Of a stretch of DNA of 64,000 bases, positions 27,801-41,307 are shown one piece after another. Under the pieces are notes generated by a model. It saw only the letters and a list, made by a program, of their open reading frames with translations, did no database searches and was not told where the DNA came from. Position 1 is the first letter of the stretch, and each line of letters opens with the position of its first letter. Position numbers and translations under genes: made by a program. The stretch is from Botryllus schlosseri (lineage: Eukaryota). The stretch is from contig CM119371.1 of assembly GCA_051294905.1 (NCBI GenBank), forward strand, positions 17,176,001-17,240,000. The letters run 5' to 3'.

Positions 27801-29169
27801 GCACTGATACCAGAAAAGGTTGGGAATCACTGAGCTACTTTGTATCTTGTTAATTAGGGAAAGCGTTAGACGGTCTAGCTTCATCATTTACTCCAGAACT
27901 CACGTCTAATATAAAATATGACATTGTGCAAGCTCATTTTAATTGTCAAATTGCCAATCGCCTACTAAAATTCTTGAGTTTGTTGCCAAATCTCTCCCAA
28001 TGAAGACTGAAACCTCGCCACGGAATCCGTTTTCTCCTGTAGTATATATAGATAGCTATACTACTCCAGAATAACGTCGAGGTTAGATCGAGGATAGAAA
28101 TTACTAGAAATTACGTTTTATGTTCATACTCTGTGTCCTCAATTTTGGTGCCATATACGATGCGATCATATGCTCAGACAGTGGTTCTCAACCTTTTTCA
28201 CCTTGCAGCACCCTTTGAAAATTAAAAATAGTTCGTGGGACACTAGCACAGTGGTTCTCAACTTTTTTATCTCACGACACAGGTAAATTACCAGAATACT
28301 TAGCGCTCAGCAACAGCAGTCGTACAGAGGTGGTCCATGATGAAGCACCTTTACCTTTTTGGAGCACCCAAATAGGACTTGCTCTGCCTCAAAAAATAAA
28401 TTATTGTATCTTCGATCGCGGCGAACATGTCACAAATACGTCTACGAATGGTATGATTTGACTTGGGAGTCACTTTAAATCCTTCCGCAGCTTCGGGCCA
28501 CATTTTCTTTTCAATTCTAGCGCATGCCGAAAGAGGAACCTTCTCCGCTTCCGTGTAAGATTTTGAATTTTTAGCTGCTATATCATTTACAACTTAACTG
28601 CGACCTGCTGAGATCTCGTTTAAACTCGTTTAAAATCCAGAAATTTTGTATATGCCAATCCTAATCCTGATCCTAATCAGATGCAAACATGGAATTCCGC
28701 TTAGAAATCCTACATTATATGCATATAAATGTAAAAATAAATGAAATGCTTAATGAATGCCAAAACACATGAAGTAACTTTGGTAGGACGAGAATGGATG
28801 TCGCCATAAGACTTATGACTAGGGTTGTATTTAAAACAAAAATCAGTTCAAAACAAATATGTTCAAAACAAGTCCCTACATCAAAATATGTTGTTCCTTG
28901 TGTTTTTTCTTTTTTTCTAAAGCCATGACGTCAGGAATATTCAATTTTTACGTCATAGTGGATTGACAGTGACAAATGAAAATACAGGGTAAATATAGCT
29001 CCTGTGATGGAATATCTGTACTTCTAATGTTGAACCGACTATTTTGAGGGTTCCAACCATCCCATATCGATATACGTAGGCTATATCTGGTGGTAATTGT
29101 CCGCACGGTAGGGTCGTACAACATGTTTTTTGTAAAGTATTTACATAATCATGGCATAATTATACAACT

Positions 29170-29660
29170 AAAAAGGACAATTCATTTTAAAGGGCCTTTT
29201 TAAAAACCGGTTTCAAACATGCGTTAAACAAAGTGTTACGACACAGTGAAAACGGATGTGAATTTTAGGACAACGCAACTGCTCCATTCATCATGCAAAG
29301 ACGGGCCTCCTGCACTTCAACAAATTATTATTCTGTATGAATTTAAATGCCCCTGTAATTGTGGCTACGTATATGAAAAACGTCGAAGCGTTTGCAGGGA
29401 CGCATAAACCATCTTTTCCCTAGATTAATCAGAACACATGCATCACGCTCGGTGAAAAGCCCACCCTTGACTCATCCGTTTAGGCTTGGTGCTGAGCGTT
29501 TGAAGGCCATGAATCTGTCATTGGCAACCATTCGTTTGATAATTCTACTTGTGACAAAAACTATCGAGAAGACAATTTTCGTGTCATCAGAAGGGGCCGC
29601 TTATCAAAATACATCAGCTCAAGATTTGTTTACGAAAGGAGTTCGTGTACCAGTTTAAAA
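29170..29660 (+). pseudogene. Penelope-like GIY-YIG endonuclease relic
   Basis: Frameshifted FRTTQLLHSSCKDGPPALQQIIILYEFKCPCNCGYV..KTSKRLQGRINH...HESVIGNHSFDNSTCDKNYREDNFRVIRRGR fits the Penelope-like endonuclease pattern. Confidence 0.75.
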
Positions 29661-30584
29661 TAGTACATTGAACGCTGTCCTATTTGAGATCTCATTTCAT
29701 GCTGGTGACGTCATATTTTGTGATATGATTGTTGATATACAATGATTTTTTTCCGATTCTCCACTAGTTACTGACGATTACCAGTGACGAGTGTCAGCCG
29801 AAAATATTCGGGTTCATTTCAATATGAACATACTATTCAATTTCCCCCATACTTCAAATTTATGCTGACGCTTTCGCAAGGACAACAATATTTGGATGGA
29901 TGTTATGGAATGTGACAACTGTGCAATGTGCACGGTATTAGAATGATGTGATCTATGGCGTGAGCAAATCATGGACTATTGGCCAGCGATCACTCTCTAT
30001 TTTAAATAATTTTATAAAAGCAAATCATTTTTTCATAGGTTAGCAGAAAGACGCCCGTCAAAATTTGACGATTGGCAACTTAATAAAAGCGACATTTGCG
30101 ACATGAACGCAATGTCGGGTATTTATTTAATACTGACTCATCCGGGTCGGAGAGGAATGCAAACACTGAGCAATCACTGTACATTACTGTTGGTACTTCA
30201 AATACGTGATTAGAATACTGAATGACACACGATGTATGTCAAGTGCATCATATCATCGCAATAATCACCGGTATGCGGCATGTTTGTCGAATCATTAAGT
30301 GCGTGTCATGGTACAGCAGTAGCGCATGGTACGGTACGCGAAATTTGTGTCTACTGCAGCAATTCCAACAATAGTGTGCTGCCACAGATTCTCTGGTGTA
30401 CCACAGATATTTTTGGAATTTGAGAAAAACTCTATGAATATTTTAAATAAGGAATGCAAACACTGCTTTAACTGCCTCGATATCTGACAAATAAGCACAT
30501 TTGGCCGTGATTACGCAACAGTGACGTGTGGTGAGGTTCATGGTTGGCTGAGCACTGACTATTATATCAATCCGGTCGGACGGG

Positions 30585-30859
30585 TTTGTTTTGTGGTATT
30601 CATGTTTTTTGTCGACTACAATGGTCATTTACATCAGGCCGATATTCTTGCTTCCTATTCCGTAACTGCCGACTTATAGCACGGCCCATTTCTACGCGTT
30701 TTGTAAGACATCACCTACGCGAATTAGATGGCGCGGAGGATCCTTGACAAACCTTCAACACTTAGAGTACAGGAATTCTGAAGTTTAACTCGGTCGGACT
30801 CTCACCCACAATCCATTGCTGTTGCAGCCGCGGATTAAACCACTGCGCTATCTCGTCAC
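30585..30859 (-). mobile_element. tRNA-derived SINE
   Basis: Minus-strand head with A-box TAGCGCAGTGG and a GGCTGCAACA anticodon-like loop. The second copy (split: about 33345-33518 plus 39259-39352) has B-box-like TTCGAGTCC. Confidence 0.75.
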
Positions 30860-30897
30860 TCAGAATCCGGACGGGTTGCATATTCAATTGTCTACTT

Positions 30898-32694
30898 CAG
30901 GGGTGTCAATCCCAACTTGGGTCGCGAGCCGGATTCAAAAGTTTTGATCGCTCGCCTGCCGGACCAGTCAAATGATTTTAAAACGTTACCTCAAAATTCA
31001 TACCTTTGATGTTCACTGGAATTCTTATTATCAACGCTATTCATAATAGTATTACACATTTATTACTGGTCATAAGGGCTCTCTACAAGTATCATCGTTG
31101 TTCGCTAACAATGGAATCGGCAAAACTACGATGATTGGCCGATTGAACACAGTTATTACTTTCTGAAACGGTGGTTCTATTTCTATGCACCCGTTTGTTT
31201 AGTTGTGATGCAGTGTTGACCCTGCGTATTCGTGGTGAGGAATACAAGAGATTGTAAACGCTGACGTTAGAAAATTATTCATTACTTTGATATCATCAAA
31301 TAACCATTCGGGTTTCTCTGGAGACCTGGACTGTGGCTTTTTTGGTCACAGTGTATACATGGTGTGACCGGTGCGACAACTGATATTTGGGTTAGCCTAT
31401 ATTATTCGTGTATTTTACATACAATGGTTTTGCATTGGCGTTTCTGCCTCTGTGAATAACTATTATTTGCTCCATTTTCCAGAAAACTCTAAACTGAGTG
31501 TGCACATTTTTGTGTTCTCAGTCTCAGATTGTAGCGTCAATGTCGGCGACTTGTTCCAGATGGTTACTTGAGTGAAAACCCAATGCTACCGACAGATGCT
31601 CCTAAATTTTTTTGTCGTGGTAGACCCTTTCAACGGTATGATGGTATTGATGTGATTATGCGGTAGTGTCTGCTGAGTGCTGAGTCGATGTAAAACTGAC
31701 TTGCATAGATAGATCAAGATATGATAATTTCGCGCCGAAGGCCTTGGATTAGCCGGCCGCGCCGATTCGAATAATATTCTTCTCTTCGACAATATCCCGA
31801 GATAAAGCGTTTTCGAGTAGAACCAAGCACCTTGCCGAGCTATCCTGCTCATTTTATACTACTACCAGACGAAGCCTACTACGAGTACAACGCGCCGCAC
31901 GAAAACACATGGCAACAGTGATACCTGGCCATCCACAAAATTAATGAATCGAAAACGAATGATCGTACAAATTGCGCGGTTTAGCGAGTCAGCTAGTACT
32001 TAGCGACTCACTCGTATGTCGTCACCGAAGACATCGTGAACTTGAATTTAATTCGAACATGTTTCCGGACCTAATCTTACCTCACCAAGTTCTGCATCAG
32101 TTCAAAATTTGACGTTTTATTTATTTTAACAATGTACATGCCTTCAACATCTTGCATCTTGAACGTAATATTATAAAATCCTAATATACCTCGCGGACCG
32201 GCAGTAAAGTCGTCACGGACCGGCACCGGTCCGCGATCCGGCGGTTGAGAACCACTGTTTTAGAACATTTTGGGAACAATATTAGCGACGATGCATCTTC
32301 CGGTTTGCACTGCATGATCTCTTTGTTACATGCTGTTATTTATTCAACCTCCCATCAGGATTGTAGACATAGTCAAAACCCCAAAATATATATTGGAATC
32401 GCCCCAAATCTACGAAGTAAACCTATATTCGTGAGATGGACACAATTCCGACTTGGTGTTTCTTTATGGAATGCAGCATTTCTCTCTGCAGTTTGCATTT
32501 GTACGGTGAGGCTCAGATTACACTTTGCATGAAAAACTAAAAATCCAATCCACCCTGAATCGCACCAAGCGTGAATAAAATTTTCAAATTTCAATAAAAT
32601 TTCTCGACGATTTTGCAACCAATTTGTTAATTCCAATTGGATACTGATGGTCGCCAACAAACGCGACGCGAAGTCTGCAGGTTGACAACCCCTG
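30898..32694. mobile_element. hAT MITE containing a 3' fragment of the 307-2108 family
   Basis: CAGGGGTGTCAA...TTGACAACCCCTG ends. Region 32260-32694 is homologous to about 735-850 plus 1217-1521. Confidence 0.6.
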
Positions 32695-33761
32695 GCCTGT
32701 TGCAATAAGGATGAAAAATTCTGCAAGGTAATGAAAAAGCGAAGTACTAATATTGACTCGAGGTTACCGGATCACCATCAAGCTAGTGCAAAGTGGTTCT
32801 CAAACAAGACACACCCTGGCTACACCGCTGGACCTGGAACTATATACACTCCTGCAGAAAGAACCAATTCAATATGTCTAAGCTCTCGCGGTGGTTTCCC
32901 TAAGTATTATTATGGACAAATATCGCAATCTGAACACATGTCATCTCCATCCTGCTCTACTCAAAAAGTAACCAAGCATAAGCATTTTGTTATGACATTA
33001 CAAAGGAATGTAGTTTACAAGCTACGTACAGCCGATATGAACATTGTCGGATATTGTACAATCGGTCAGCATTTTCTGAAGTTTAAACTTGAATATTTAT
33101 TGAGATAGCTGATTAGCTAGTCCTTGGTCCATTTTAAAGGTCAACTATATCGACCAAAACAACTTTGGCTCATTCAGTAGAGTTTTCTATGCTGATTCCA
33201 AAAATATACGTTTAGGTATTTTCTGTGATATCAGCAGCAAAAGTCGCAAAATGCCACCACAGACCAAAACGGTAGTAAAATCAATGCACCATGTCGATGA
33301 CGTACTACCAGGAGGATTTCTTGATGCTGCGGCTGTGACGAATGTTCGTTTTTGTGGTATTCATGTTGTTTGTCGACTACCATGGTCATTTACACCAGGC
33401 CGGCTTGTGGCTTCCGTAACTGCCGACTTATAGCACGGCCCACCTCTAGGCTTTATGTAAGCCACCGCTTACGCGTATGAGGTGGCGAGGAGGAGCCTAG
33501 GTAAACCTCCAACACTTAGGCCCGTATTCAAAGAGACGCCTCGACGGAGTAAAGGCTGAGTTCAACTCCATTGGAATAGATCCTTGGTATTCAAAGCAAG
33601 GCTTTGGAGCAGCCGTAAATTTAAACTGCTCCAGCTCCGGCTCTGTAGCTTTCTTCTATCATACATTAGCTCCGGCTCCAGCTCCGGAGCGGCATTATTA
33701 CCACTGCTCCGGCTCCAGCTCCGGCTCCGGGTCTGAAATTATCGAATGGGCCTGTCTATAT

Positions 33762-35355
33762 CAGGGGTGGCCAACCCGCGGGCCAAATGTGACCCGCGCG
33801 AGAGGGTTTTGCGTGGCCCGCGGTGTAATTTCCTTCCCATTATTATCGAAAATGAATTGCTCAGATTGTGAAATTGCAGTGTCAACCAAAAATTGCAATG
33901 CCAACCATAAATTACAAGTTTGGCTGCGACATTTGGGATGATGATGACTAGGGCGTTTTTTTTTTGACATGTCAAAATTTTGTCAAAATTGTAGCGTTAG
34001 GTCAAAATTTGTCAAAATTTTTCATGAAGTCAAAAAATTTTTGACGTCTGCATTTTGTTTGTATCGTAGATTTTGCACTGTTGGTGAACTTATAATTTGA
34101 TATTTTACCGCTGTTAGCCTATTTTATAGGCCTACCGTGGTAAACGGCTAATCGTCTGCTCATTGTGAATCATAAACGGTCAAATAAAACAAATATTAGG
34201 TAGACATGGTGTTATGGTCAACGTACCGCAATATCCTAACTGAAGAAAGACTTCTTGTGCATTGCATCATTCTTATATTAAAAAGCGCAAGATGAAAATT
34301 TGTGATGTAGACAACATTGTCAGAGTGAAGCAACACGGTGTGTCACCAGCACCAGCAGTGTACGCACAACTTGAGTGTTGTCAGCCAACAACTGCTGCTG
34401 TTGAACTTCCTTGCCAGCTTCTTAGTAAGGACGTGCACTTTCTACCCAAGAATGTAGGAAAGTATCTCTCGTTGTACTACAAAATATTTTAATTATTTCT
34501 ACCATAATACATATTGTAACCACTGGAATTCTTCATGGGGCCAGATTTCGTTAAAATATTGTTTTTTTCATGTAAAAAGTTGCCTGTTTCTAAGCCAAAA
34601 ACGCTATTTCAGGCCAAACTACTTCGTTAGGACAGTCAGATCCAACCAGATATGAAGATAAGGGGTACAATTTTAACAATATGTGGGAAAACACCTAATT
34701 TGCATACGTTATGTCAAAATTTGGTCAAAATTCAGTTTTTTTTTGGTCAAAAAAAGTCAAAATTTGGATTTTTTAGGTCAAAATTTTCTTTTTTTTAGGT
34801 CAAAAAAAACCCGCCCTAATGATGACTAAAATATCAGTTCCGACGCATTCGCTGGTCAAGGGTCCAGTCAAATTTTAAGTATCGTCATACATTACAATAA
34901 ACTAAAATAGTAGTGAAATTTTTCTTCACGCTTCGCGTGTTTGATTGTCACATGATTTCTTGCTTGGTAGCCTACCCCCTACTGAAAATGAAAAAAAAAC
35001 GCCTAATTTACCCGATTGAGTATAACTGTATTCGCAATTACGGGAGAAAGTCTTTTCGCGTTTGCGCTCGCATAAAGATCGTAGACGGTGAAATGTAGGC
35101 ACAAAATGATTATCGCGTATTATCGGAGACCTTCGATATAGATGTGGCCACACGCCGAATAGCCGTGTCCTTGCGAACTGAGCCTAGCAGGCGGTATACT
35201 ATACAGTAGACCCGCAATATACTCAATTATTAACATTATTGACCTAGTTTATATATGAACTTTGTAAATTTTACCCGCTTGGCGCGGCAAGTGGACCGCG
35301 CGCTCGATCGTCAATTTCATGTGTCCCTTATAGACCAGAAGGTTGGCCCTTCCTG
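33762..35355. mobile_element. hAT MITE nested in composite copy 2
   Basis: CAGGGGTGGCCAACC...GGTTGGCCCTTCCTG. TSD GTCTATAT on both sides. Confidence 0.85.
33949..34818. mobile_element. hAT MITE with GTCAAAA repeats
   Basis: TAGGGCG...CGCCCTA. TSD ATGATGAC. The empty site is visible at about 6670-6690. Confidence 0.88.
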
Positions 35356-35750
35356 GTCTATATAGATTACTAATCTACCCATAGGTTAGTTATCCATCGT
35401 AATCTAGAGTCTGTCAGCCGTCAGTAACATCCGATGTAGCAACGAAGACATAGGTGCCGCCGTGTCGGCTTGTGACGTCATAATGAATACTTGTCAATTG
35501 TCGATATCATCATAGTTGCACTACAACGCACTTAACTCTATGCCTTGCTGCGCACAGCATTAATATTAAGGCCTGCTGTTCAATTATGATAAATCAGCAG
35601 ATGTGGTTGTTGCATGTATAATAGCATCTTATGAAATACGTCGGAGCCGGAGCTACTCCTCAAATAACGGGCTCCAGCTCCGGCTCCGGCTGAATTTTAT
35701 GTAGAGCTCCGGCTCTGGCTCCAACTCCGGTGAAAATGCCCGGCTCCGGG

Positions 35751-38146
35751 CAGTGGCGGCTCGTGACAATATCAGGTGGTGGGGCAAGGGCTGCAAGCGA
35801 CTTTTTATCAAGATGACGTGACAATGGCGTTTTCCAACGTAAACAAGTAGGTTGTCAAGTCAAGGTTGTCAAGGTTGTCAGTAGGTTATCAAGATGACGT
35901 GACAATGGCGTTTTCCAACGTAAACAAGTAGGGTTACCATACGTCCTCTTTTAAGAGGATTTGTCCTCTTTTTTGACTTTTTTGAAAGTGTCCTCGGAGG
36001 ACGCCCTTTTGTCCTCTTTTTTGAGATTTTGTCCGCTCCGGCGGGTATTTCGGAGTGAAAAACGGTTATTTTAGCTCTGGGTGGAAAGATGACCTTTTTT
36101 TTAGTTATCCACCTAGCAATGCGGGAAGAAAAACGGTACTTTGAGCTCTGAGCGGAAAAGATGACCTTTTTTTTTAGTCAACCGATCACAAAGTGGGAAA
36201 AATTCACCGGTTTTTGAAAATTCTTCTCCGGTTTTGCAAGTCTCAAATTTCTGGAAAAGTGTCCTCTTTTTAGATTTCCAAAATATGGTAAGCCTATGTT
36301 ACGGTAACATGAATTTCCCGACAACAGTGATTTTAACGTATGTGCCACGAGAGGTCTGCCGGTGAGCTGTGACTTGAAGTGTGGTAACTGCGTAAACGGC
36401 GTACGGAACAAAGATTCAACACGGTTCATGTTCGCACTAGACCTGACTAATTATCTGCAGAAATGGAAATGACTATAACTCGAGAGATTGCGTAAGCCTA
36501 ATTGGAAAGGTCAACGAGTTCGGACACCAACGCAATTGTTGTCTCATACATTGGGCCTGTCATATTGAATCCAAAGCACCAGTCTGAAGAACTAAGAATA
36601 GCAGCCTTGGAAATTCGGTCTCGGTACAGCATAGGAGATTTTGGCCTTGAAACTGGAGACTGTAACACGACACATATGGCTTTATTACTGTCTATAGGTC
36701 TGCTGCGAAATCGCATTTGAAAAATATATTACCGAATATATACGTGGATGAAAGCCGTAAACTTAGTACACTGTTACATGACATCATCGAGAAGTAGCCT
36801 CTGCCTCATGGCCCTTTTCGGTATGGTACACTGTCAAAATTAATGCGAACAGACCGAATTTTGCGTAAAATTTACTGAGGAATAGGCTGATCAAGTGATC
36901 AGCTGTTAGCCGCCATCGAAAACGAAATAGCTATCGCGCTTGACAGGGCGTTGTAAGCAAATGGCTTGAAGGCAACAATTTCACGGTGAAATTGACATCG
37001 GAGAATATAATATCAAAGTAAATATTTGAATGCAAATGAGAATGATATCATCATCTCGTCACCTATCTCAGTATGGAACACAGTTAACGTTACCACAGAT
37101 ACACCGGCTTTTGCGTGAAATCCGCAATGCGTTGTAGGCTAAAGTGTCAGATCAGAGCGCATCTCTACCATATTCGACCTTGATAACGAAATTACTGCCC
37201 TAATCATTGAGTGTCAACCTTGAGACTTGGCACAGCGTTCGATACTAAAATCAAAACACACCGTGCAAAAGCTCATGACAGATCTAGGTAAGGAGCATCG
37301 TTAAAATCAATAGAGACCAATACCGGCTTTGCGTAAAATCTGTTCGCGATAAATGACGAGTCGGCTCTCACTCGACTTAGGAAGCGAAATTACCACTAAC
37401 ACAGTTCAGTGACAAACTTAAAACTTGGTACAGCGTTCGATACTAACATTAAGACTTACCGTGCCAAATGTCATAACCTATCTCAGTATTGAACATCGTC
37501 AAAATCAATGGATACCAATACCGGCTTTTGAGTAAAATCTGTTTGCGATACATGACGGATCAGCACACACTCAACTTCGGAAACGGAATTACTACCCTAA
37601 ACTTTAAGTAGAAACCCTGAAACTTGAGGCAATGTTAAATAACACCATCACGACATGACACACCAAGTTTCAAGAGTTTTCATGGTGTGAAACACCATCA
37701 AAATCGACCTATACCAGCAAAGGTCGACTAAACGCATATGACGGTAACCGAGTTCAGATATAGATACGATTGTTACATCACACCTTAGGGGCACAGACCT
37801 ATTGTGCCCCGGTTGCTCGGTAATTTTATGAATAGGAGAGAGTAAATCCCCGTTTCTTTATTGTGCGCGGCTTTGAGAGAATAGACAGTGAAAGCTTGTT
37901 ATGAGCGCTACCGGGGCATGCCCCGGCTAGGCATTCGCAAAGCGAAAACACAGAAGAGAATTCGATTTTCGCAGAGACTTCGCTATACATGGGCATTTAC
38001 AAGCGAAAGGACAAGAAGAATATGATTTTCGCTGTGATTTCGGTATATATAGATTGTTGTGCGTCTATAAATGGTAAAGAATTGTTATTGAACAGAATTT
38101 TAGGTGGGGCAATGCCCCAGTTGCCCTATAGGACGAGCCGCCACTG
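35751..38146. mobile_element. Non-autonomous hAT element with internal tandem repeats of about 190 bp
   Basis: TIRs CAGTGGCGGCTCGT / ACGAGCCGCCACTG. Perfect TSD GCTCCGGG. Diverged ACCGGCTTTTGCGTAAAATC units at about 36850-37720. Confidence 0.88.
35929..36296. mobile_element. TAGGCTTACC-family MITE (inverted copy of 10905-11279)
   Basis: TAGGGTTACCATAC...TATGGTAAGCCTA. No matching TSD. Confidence 0.85.
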
Positions 38147-38402
38147 GCTCCGGGGCTCCGGCTCCGGCTCCAAAGCCCTGATTCAAAGCCATTTTCTAGT
38201 TTGCTCAGTTTCGAGTCTTATTCGACACGTCTGGCATTATTCGCAACTGTGCCCTGAGCGCTCGCTCGGTATGAACTGTTAAGATGCCGGGTTGGAATCC
38301 CGGAACGTTAAGATACGTTAATCTGAATATAGTTGGTGTGCAGTATCACACCGTGTGCACAGTTAGTAGAATCGTTGGTGTACACGAGACACCGATTCCA
38401 TA

Positions 38403-39274
38403 ATGGCAGATAGGTATACGGGATGTGTTTCATCCCTTTCAGATAAAATGGATATTGACATAGATATGTTAGAATATTACATGCAAGTGAATGGAAACAG
38501 GCTGCGGTCAATACGGAAGTACCTTATAGATTTGGATAATCCCGTGGAATACCTCACTGGGGAACTGTTTTCTGATCGCTATAGGCTTACGAAACCCGGT
38601 GTTATGAGATATATGGATGTCCTACAGTGTGACCTTACCAACCCATCCAACAAAGGCCTGCCCTCGCCCCCGTTGTTAAAGTTCCTTGTTGTTTTGCGGT
38701 TTTACGCCACAGGAAACTTTCAAGTTGTTGCTGGGGAACTGGAACGTGTCTCCCATCCCACCGTTAGGAGATTGGTGAAACTGGTCAGCATTGCTATAGC
38801 TCATAAAAGCTTAGCGTACATCAAATTCCCACAGGGTGAAGTCGAAGCTAATGAGGCTACACGATTTTACGACAAATCGGGCTTTCTGGGTGCTGTAGGT
38901 GCCATTGATTGCACGCATATAAAGATACAATCGCCAGGTGGTCACAATCGCCAGGTGGTCCTACTGCAGAGTTGTACCGGAACAGAAAAAGATTCTTCTC
39001 TCTGAATGTGCAAGCCGTATGTGACTCTCATATGAAGTTCACTAACATAGTTTACCGTTGGAGGGGGTCAGTCCGTGATTCCAGGATCTTTCGTTTGTCA
39101 ATGCTTCGAGCTAAATTTGAAAATGGAGACTACACAGGAATTTTACTGGGGGACAATGGCTATGGGTGTGCAGGATACTTGATGACACCATTTGTGGCAC
39201 CCCAAACAGCTGCTGAACGTCCATATAACAAGGCTCTAATATCCTCCAGAATAACTATAGAACCAGAGTTCTGA
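38403..39274 (+). pseudogene. Harbinger (HARBI1-like, DDE_Tnp_4) transposase, frameshifted and C-terminally truncated
   Basis: Motifs LRFYATGNFQ, GAIDCTHIKI, YRNRK.FFSLNVQAVCD, GSVRDSRIF, LLGDNGY, SRITIE. A 17-bp duplication at 38927-38960 causes the frameshift. Confidence 0.93.
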
Positions 39275-39866
39275 CGTCGACCTTGGTCGGACTCGAAACC
39301 GCGCCCATTGGTGTTGCAGCCGCGGATAATACCACTGCGCTATCTCGCCACCCGTGTGGTGAATGCATTGAAGTGGGATAATTTCAACCTCTGCTGAAGC
39401 TGTAGAGTCAACTGATAGCTACACGGTGTCTAGTAAATCTGATACCGACACTATTGAGGAATCCCCATATACAGGTCAGCCATTAAATGTATGTACAATT
39501 ACTTGGACATTACTGGGCGACGAAAGTACCGTGCCGTTTTGTCAAATGATTGGGCCTGCACCTGTAAAACAATTAGTTCACTGTATGCACGTGAGATTGT
39601 GCGGTATGCTGACGATCTAAGCTCGAATACCGATGCATTTGTAATTCATATTGACTTTTCAGAGACGCTCCACCCGAATAGATTCACTCAGACAAAAATT
39701 CAGCTCCGCCGCATGCAATGGATTCGAAGTATTCCGACGTCGCTGATCAGTTCTCACACAGTGTACTACTTCCATTTCATCTTTGTATGCAATAAAATGG
39801 CTTAACCTAAAACCTTTTATAAGGTTCTGATGAATACAGAATCGCATGAAATTTAATGTCATAGAA

Positions 39867-41260
39867 CAGGGGCGGGCAACTTCTCCAGTCGGCGGGCCGG
39901 ATACAGGCAAATTAAGTACTTGGCGGGCCGGATTGCTGAATCGACACATTATTCGCCCATTTATCCAAATACACAAGGAATAAATCGTATTTAATGAATG
40001 GATTTTAACGACAGTAGTGTCACTTCAAAGCCATTTCTCGCCGATAATGACGAGGATATAATGTGGATTTGAGAACAGCATTGTCATACAGGCGCCGCCA
40101 TGTCTGCTTCTCTCTGATCATAGTGTCCTATATGGTGTTGACACAAGCAAATATCACAGCTCAGTGAAATTGGTCTTCGTCACACTTTCCATTTGGTCTA
40201 CGTCACACTTTCCATTTGGTCAAAGGCAATTAGACGGTAGTTTTTGACCGACTTGCCGAGCATTGAATTTGATAAAACGGGGATCAATCGAAAGCTACCG
40301 CGGTGCTGGTTGCGAAAATGTAAATTCTATTCTGCTCGAGGTTCTGGAACCCCCAAAATCAGCCTTGAATGTTGCATTGTAACGGAGTTTTGTATTGTGA
40401 CACAGCCATGCGGTTTACTCTGCTCCTCACCTAATCCCAGACGGCATCGTTGCGCCACAATACCAAACTCCGTTACAATGCAACATTCGAAGCTGATTTT
40501 GGGGGGTCCCAGGACCACGAACCGAATAGAATTTATATTTTCGCAATTATTACCGCGGGAAAGTGAAAGGAAAGTGTGACGTAGACCTATTTCACTGAGC
40601 CGTGAGATTTTCTTGTGTACACACCTTATAGGACACTATGCTGTGCTCAATTAACTCACGGTGCAATCCCGAATTAATATTTCAAGGTGTTCGATAAGCC
40701 CAGTACCCCGAATTTACCAATATATCAATTCATTAGGGCTGAGTAGGTGATGAGATAGCGTCGTTGTCCATCTGTGTGGCCTATTTTATCTCGATATTAA
40801 ATTCATGCGGACCGCGGCATCTATATACGAAATTTGAAGTTGCCCGCGACCCGTTTAGAGTTGGCGTCCCCTGGCATAAGCGGTGTCTTACAAGAGCCAA
40901 CAAGTGTGCCGTGCTACAAGTCGGCGGTTACGGAATAAAAAAATAGAAATATCGGTCTGGTGTAAATGATCCTACTAACACCATGATTACCACAAACGAT
41001 ATTAGGGTTGAGTACATCGTAAATGCCGATAATGCAAACCTTCTCGCTTCGACGAACTTACGTGCAAGCTCCACTCTCACGCTGCGCATACAAATAACAT
41101 TCAGTCACTAAAATTTGACGTAGTAAGCAAGTAGCGGGGTATTTCGGCAGACTGTATCCGCGGGCCACATTATCATATAAGACGGAAAAATGTCCACGGG
41201 CCGGACAAAATCCCTTCGCGGGCCGGATCCGGCCCGCGGGACGTATGTTGCCCACCCCTG
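39867..41260. mobile_element. hAT MITE
   Basis: TIRs CAGGGGCGGGCAAC / GTTGCCCACCCCTG. Perfect TSD TCATAGAA. Same family as 47417-62331. Confidence 0.9.
40119..40640. mobile_element. Palindromic (fold-back) MITE with CATAG termini
   Basis: CATAGTGTCCTATA...TATAGGACACTATG with inverted homology extending to the centre. Approximate 7-bp TSD CTCTGAT/CTGTGCT. The empty site is seen at about 48730-48750 on the minus strand. Confidence 0.8.
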
Positions 41261-41307
41261 TCATAGAAGGAAATCATCTCAATAAATCTGTGTGAATAAG
41301 TCTTTAC

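Larger units (their letters stand above)
17194..27832 (+). mobile_element. Deleted hAT (Charlie/Buster-like) element hosting giant palindrome 1
   Basis: CATTGGTTCTTAACC at the left. The right end GGTTGGGAATCACTG resumes immediately after the 6-bp TSD at 27781. Transposase relic inside. Confidence 0.6.
33597..38180. mobile_element. Composite non-autonomous hAT element (GCTCC family), copy 2
   Basis: CAAGGCTTTGGAGC...GCTCCAAAGCCCTG. Perfect TSD ATTCAAAG. Collinear with 6325-10512. Confidence 0.9.
33519..39258 (+). mobile_element. PIF/Harbinger transposon, right end missing
   Basis: Begins GGCCCGTATTCA directly after TTA. Transposase lies downstream. The sequence returns abruptly to SINE at about 39259. 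Confidence 0.75.
33345..39352 (-). mobile_element. SINE copy split by a Harbinger insertion
   Basis: 33345-33518 and 39259-39352 join to match the intact copy at 30585-30859. Confidence 0.75.

Noticed and set aside
30780..30859. tRNA-Cys gene
   Set aside because: The cloverleaf is degenerate and attached to a repeated body of about 200 bp, so it is a SINE head.
33135..33260. Possible Kolobok left end (TTAA-AGGTCAAC)
   Set aside because: No matching right end was found in the window.
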